From Candidatus Auribacterota bacterium (GTDB lineage Bacteria; Auribacterota; UBA6266): a stretch of DNA of 9,468 nucleotides. The notes under the pieces were generated by a model that was not told where the DNA came from, did no database searches, and saw only the letters and a list, made by a program, of their open reading frames with translations. The position numbers were made by a program, and so were the translations under genes. Shown here piece by piece: positions 7,912 to 9,468 of this stretch. The stretch spans positions 1 to 9,468 of the forward strand of contig JAGLRQ010000066.1 of assembly GCA_023136205.1 (NCBI GenBank). The letters run 5' to 3'. Positions within the stretch are counted from its first letter, which is position 1; the number at the start of each line of letters is the position of its first letter.

Positions 7912-7982
7912 TTATAAAATATGCAGTGTAGTTCTATGTTGAATGTGAAATTTATGGACAGTAAAAAGGGTATAGGGTATAT

Positions 7983-7991
7983 TGTTATAAT
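7983..7991 (+). promoter_or_regulatory. Perfect extended -10 element TGTTATAAT, candidate promoter of the response-regulator gene
   Basis: Exact match to TGnTATAAT. The -35 region (AAAAAG) is poor, as is often tolerated with extended -10 promoters. The predicted start near 7998 would place the 11-bp tandem repeat at about +10 to +32 of a roughly 76-nt leader. Confidence 0.35.
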
Positions 7992-8007
7992 TATACGTAA
8001 ATTTATT

Positions 8008-8029
8008 GTGGTAGATTAGTGGTAGATTA
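8008..8029 (+). repeat. Perfect tandem direct repeat, 2 x 11 bp (GTGGTAGATTA GTGGTAGATTA), followed by a partial third unit GGT
   Basis: Read directly from the sequence: 8008-8018 equals 8019-8029. It lies 45-66 nt upstream of the response-regulator GTG start at 8074. The 11-bp period is about one helical turn. Confidence 0.85.
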
Positions 8030-8073
8030 GGTTTACGCTTGAAAAGTGTTAATTTTAAAAAGCGGGGTTTTCG

Positions 8074-8994
8074 GTGTTTTGCAATAAAATTCTTGTTGTT
8101 GACGATGAGCAGGGAATCAGAGATGTACTCTTAGAGCTGTTATCCCGTCGTGGTTACCAGGTCTTAACCGCCAGCAGAGGGGAAGAGGCGTTAGATATTA
8201 TTAAGCAGTTATTTCCGGTGGTGGTTATACTTGATTATCTGATGCCCGGAATGGATGGCTTGGAAATACTGTCGAAGATAAAAAAAGACTATCCTGGTGT
8301 TTTGGTAGCAATTCTTACTGGTGCGGGTTCAGAATATATAGCGGTAAGGGCAATGAAGCTTGGAGCAGATAATTATATTTGTAAGCCCATAGAAAAAGAC
8401 ATGTTATACCAAATAATTGACGAGCTTGTTGAGCAGTTTAAGCAGCGGTTGGTCTGGCGTAATTATGAATATGAATACCCCATTAGAGATGAGATAATAA
8501 GAAGATACGAATTTTTAAGAAAGGTATATGACAGCAGTAAACCTAACATTAATCGAATTTGCAAGTATTTTGACTATTTCAGGCAGGATTTTTATGTTTT
8601 GAACCGGAGATTTAAAGAGGGGGGGGTACTTGCTCTCTTCAATAAGTCAATAGAAGATCTTGAGAAAGAATTAGGAACGGGAGAGGAATTGAGTGTTTCT
8701 GTTCAGAAAAATCCGGCATCAGCGAGAGACAAAGCTGGAGAAAGCACCGTAGGGAAAAGAAATGAATACACATTATCAGAATTTATAAATAGGGAAGATC
8801 CGATACAGATGCGCCTTGAAATGATAAGGGATGCGGCTGTTACATTAAATCCGAACATAACTATTATCTGCAGGAAATTTCGTGTTACAAGGGAAGCATT
8901 CTACCAGAATTATCACAGGTTCGAAAAATTTGGTGTTCTTGGGCTGATTGACAGAAAACGCGGCAGGCCCTCAGGCCCTAGTCGAAAAGGTTGA
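8074..8994 (+). CDS. Response regulator: N-terminal receiver (REC) domain plus two tandem transposase-type HTH modules
   Basis: GTG start preceded by GCGGGG (8063-8068). REC hallmarks: DD at aa 10-11, phospho-acceptor D54 in [13 protein letters not shown] (gat at 8233-8235), T82 in AILTG, K104 in CKP. C-terminal modules at aa 136-192 (8479-8649) and aa 243-299 (8800-8970). They share the core PNIxxICxxF..R..FY....RF..GVL.L, with 15/37 identities counted by hand. The second ends [10 protein letters not shown], as in insertion-sequence transposase N-terminal HTH domains. Confidence 0.85.
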   Translation: MFCNKILVVDDEQGIRDVLLELLSRRGYQVLTASRGEEALDIIKQLFPVVVILDYLMPGMDGLEILSKIKKDYPGVLVAILTGAGSEYIAVRAMKLGADNYICKPIEKDMLYQIIDELVEQFKQRLVWRNYEYEYPIRDEIIRRYEFLRKVYDSSKPNINRICKYFDYFRQDFYVLNRRFKEGGVLALFNKSIEDLEKELGTGEELSVSVQKNPASARDKAGESTVGKRNEYTLSEFINREDPIQMRLEMIRDAAVTLNPNITIICRKFRVTREAFYQNYHRFEKFGVLGLIDRKRGRPSGPSRKG

Positions 8995-9468
8995 AGCGTA
9001 GTATATGCCATAAAGCCGCAAGCCCGTCTTTCCATGTTACTTTTTTACCTTCTTTATAATCTCTGCCGCTGTATGAAATAGGGGTCTCAAATATTCTGTA
9101 GCCCTTTTTTGCCATTTTCGCTGTGAATTCAGGCTCAAAACCAAATCTGTTTGATTTAAAAGTTACTTCTTTAAGAACAGAAGCCCGGAATGCCTTATAA
9201 CATGTTTCTACATCTGTAAGGTTAAGGTTGGTAAGCGCATTGGAAAGGAGGGTAAGGAATTTATTACCCGCGTAGTGCCAGAACAACAGAACCCTGTGTG
9301 TTTCTCCGATAAAGCGGGATCCATAGACCACATCGGCTTTACCTTCTTCAATGGGCTTTGTTAGTTTTGTATACTCATCCGGGTTGTATTCAAGGTCGGC
9401 ATCCTGAATTATTACTATATCTCCTCTGACTTTTTCAAATCCTTTTCTTAAGCTGGCTCCTTTTCCGG
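8978..9468 (-). CDS. Family-2 glycosyltransferase (dolichyl/polyprenyl-phosphate sugar transferase-like), N terminus beyond the right window edge
   Basis: The listed Met at 9331 is an internal GTG. The frame stays open to the window end (codons from 9466: [52 protein letters not shown]...). GKGAxLRxGF and the DxD-type motif QDADLEY are GT2 signatures. Stop TAG is at 8980-8978, giving a 17-nt overlap with the convergent response-regulator gene. Confidence 0.85.
   Translation of the reverse strand, partial: GKGASLRKGFEKVRGDIVIIQDADLEYNPDEYTKLTKPIEEGKADVVYGSRFIGETHRVLLFWHYAGNKFLTLLSNALTNLNLTDVETCYKAFRASVLKEVTFKSNRFGFEPEFTAKMAKKGYRIFETPISYSGRDYKEGKKVTWKDGLAALWHILRFNLFD

Noticed and set aside
5126-7931. 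Chain of plus-strand ORFs (e.g. 5419-5625, 5941-6192, 6439-6714, 6717-7025, 7387-7650, 7578-7931) opposite recQ, plus 5426-5641 (-) out of frame
   Set aside because: They are antisense or alternate-frame shadows of a strongly supported RecQ frame. The translations are rich in F, S, I and L, as expected from the reverse complement of an AT-rich, Lys/Glu-rich gene. No motifs and no translation signals.
7968-7981. Tandem GGGTATA x2
   Set aside because: A 7-bp adjacent repeat is expected about once by chance in a window of this size and base composition. No supporting context.
7921-8019. 32-aa small ORF (MQCSSMLNVKFMDSKKGIGYIVIIIRKFIVVD) in the recQ/regulator intergenic region, whose end resembles the regulator N terminus (KILVVDD)
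   Set aside because: No SD upstream. It would span the candidate promoter of the regulator. The resemblance covers only a few residues and is most likely coincidental.
1-9468. Searched the whole window for a CRISPR array, retron-like ncRNA, toxin-antitoxin pair, transposase or integrase, or a defence operon
   Set aside because: No repeat-spacer periodicity, since the largest tandem repeat has only two units. There is no reverse-transcriptase, nuclease-toxin or recombinase motif in any of the six frames. Every long ORF has a clear housekeeping or regulatory assignment.

Overview
AT-rich bacterial chromosomal window, taxon not determinable from sequence alone, densely packed with mostly housekeeping genes in four strand blocks. 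Plus strand: the 3' two-thirds of pyruvate phosphate dikinase (ppdK, runs off the left edge), a compact RpoD-type sigma-70 factor, adenine phosphoribosyltransferase (apt) and tRNA-Arg(CCT). Minus strand: an RNA-modification pair (RluA-family pseudouridine synthase then TrmH/SpoU 2'-O-methyltransferase) and a long atypical RecQ-family helicase. Plus strand: a response regulator. Minus strand: a family-2 glycosyltransferase that runs off the right edge. I see no CRISPR array, integrase, transposase, toxin-antitoxin pair or recognisable defence operon, so most of the window is ordinary. Four things deserve a second look. (1) The response regulator has an output region made of two tandem copies of a transposase-type (IS481/IS3/IS630-like) helix-turn-helix module instead of a classical output domain. 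(2) A perfect 11-bp tandem direct repeat lies in its leader. (3) The RecQ protein has an insertion of about 155 aa containing two winged-helix-like segments before its zinc-binding motif, and a C-terminal topoisomerase-type C4 zinc ribbon where an HRDC domain would be expected. (4) The 148-bp AT-rich spacer between recQ and rluA carries a 13-bp perfect inverted repeat 111 bp apart plus direct 9-mers, which could be an operator cluster or a MITE-like relic. All functional calls rest on motif recognition by eye; no database search was run.
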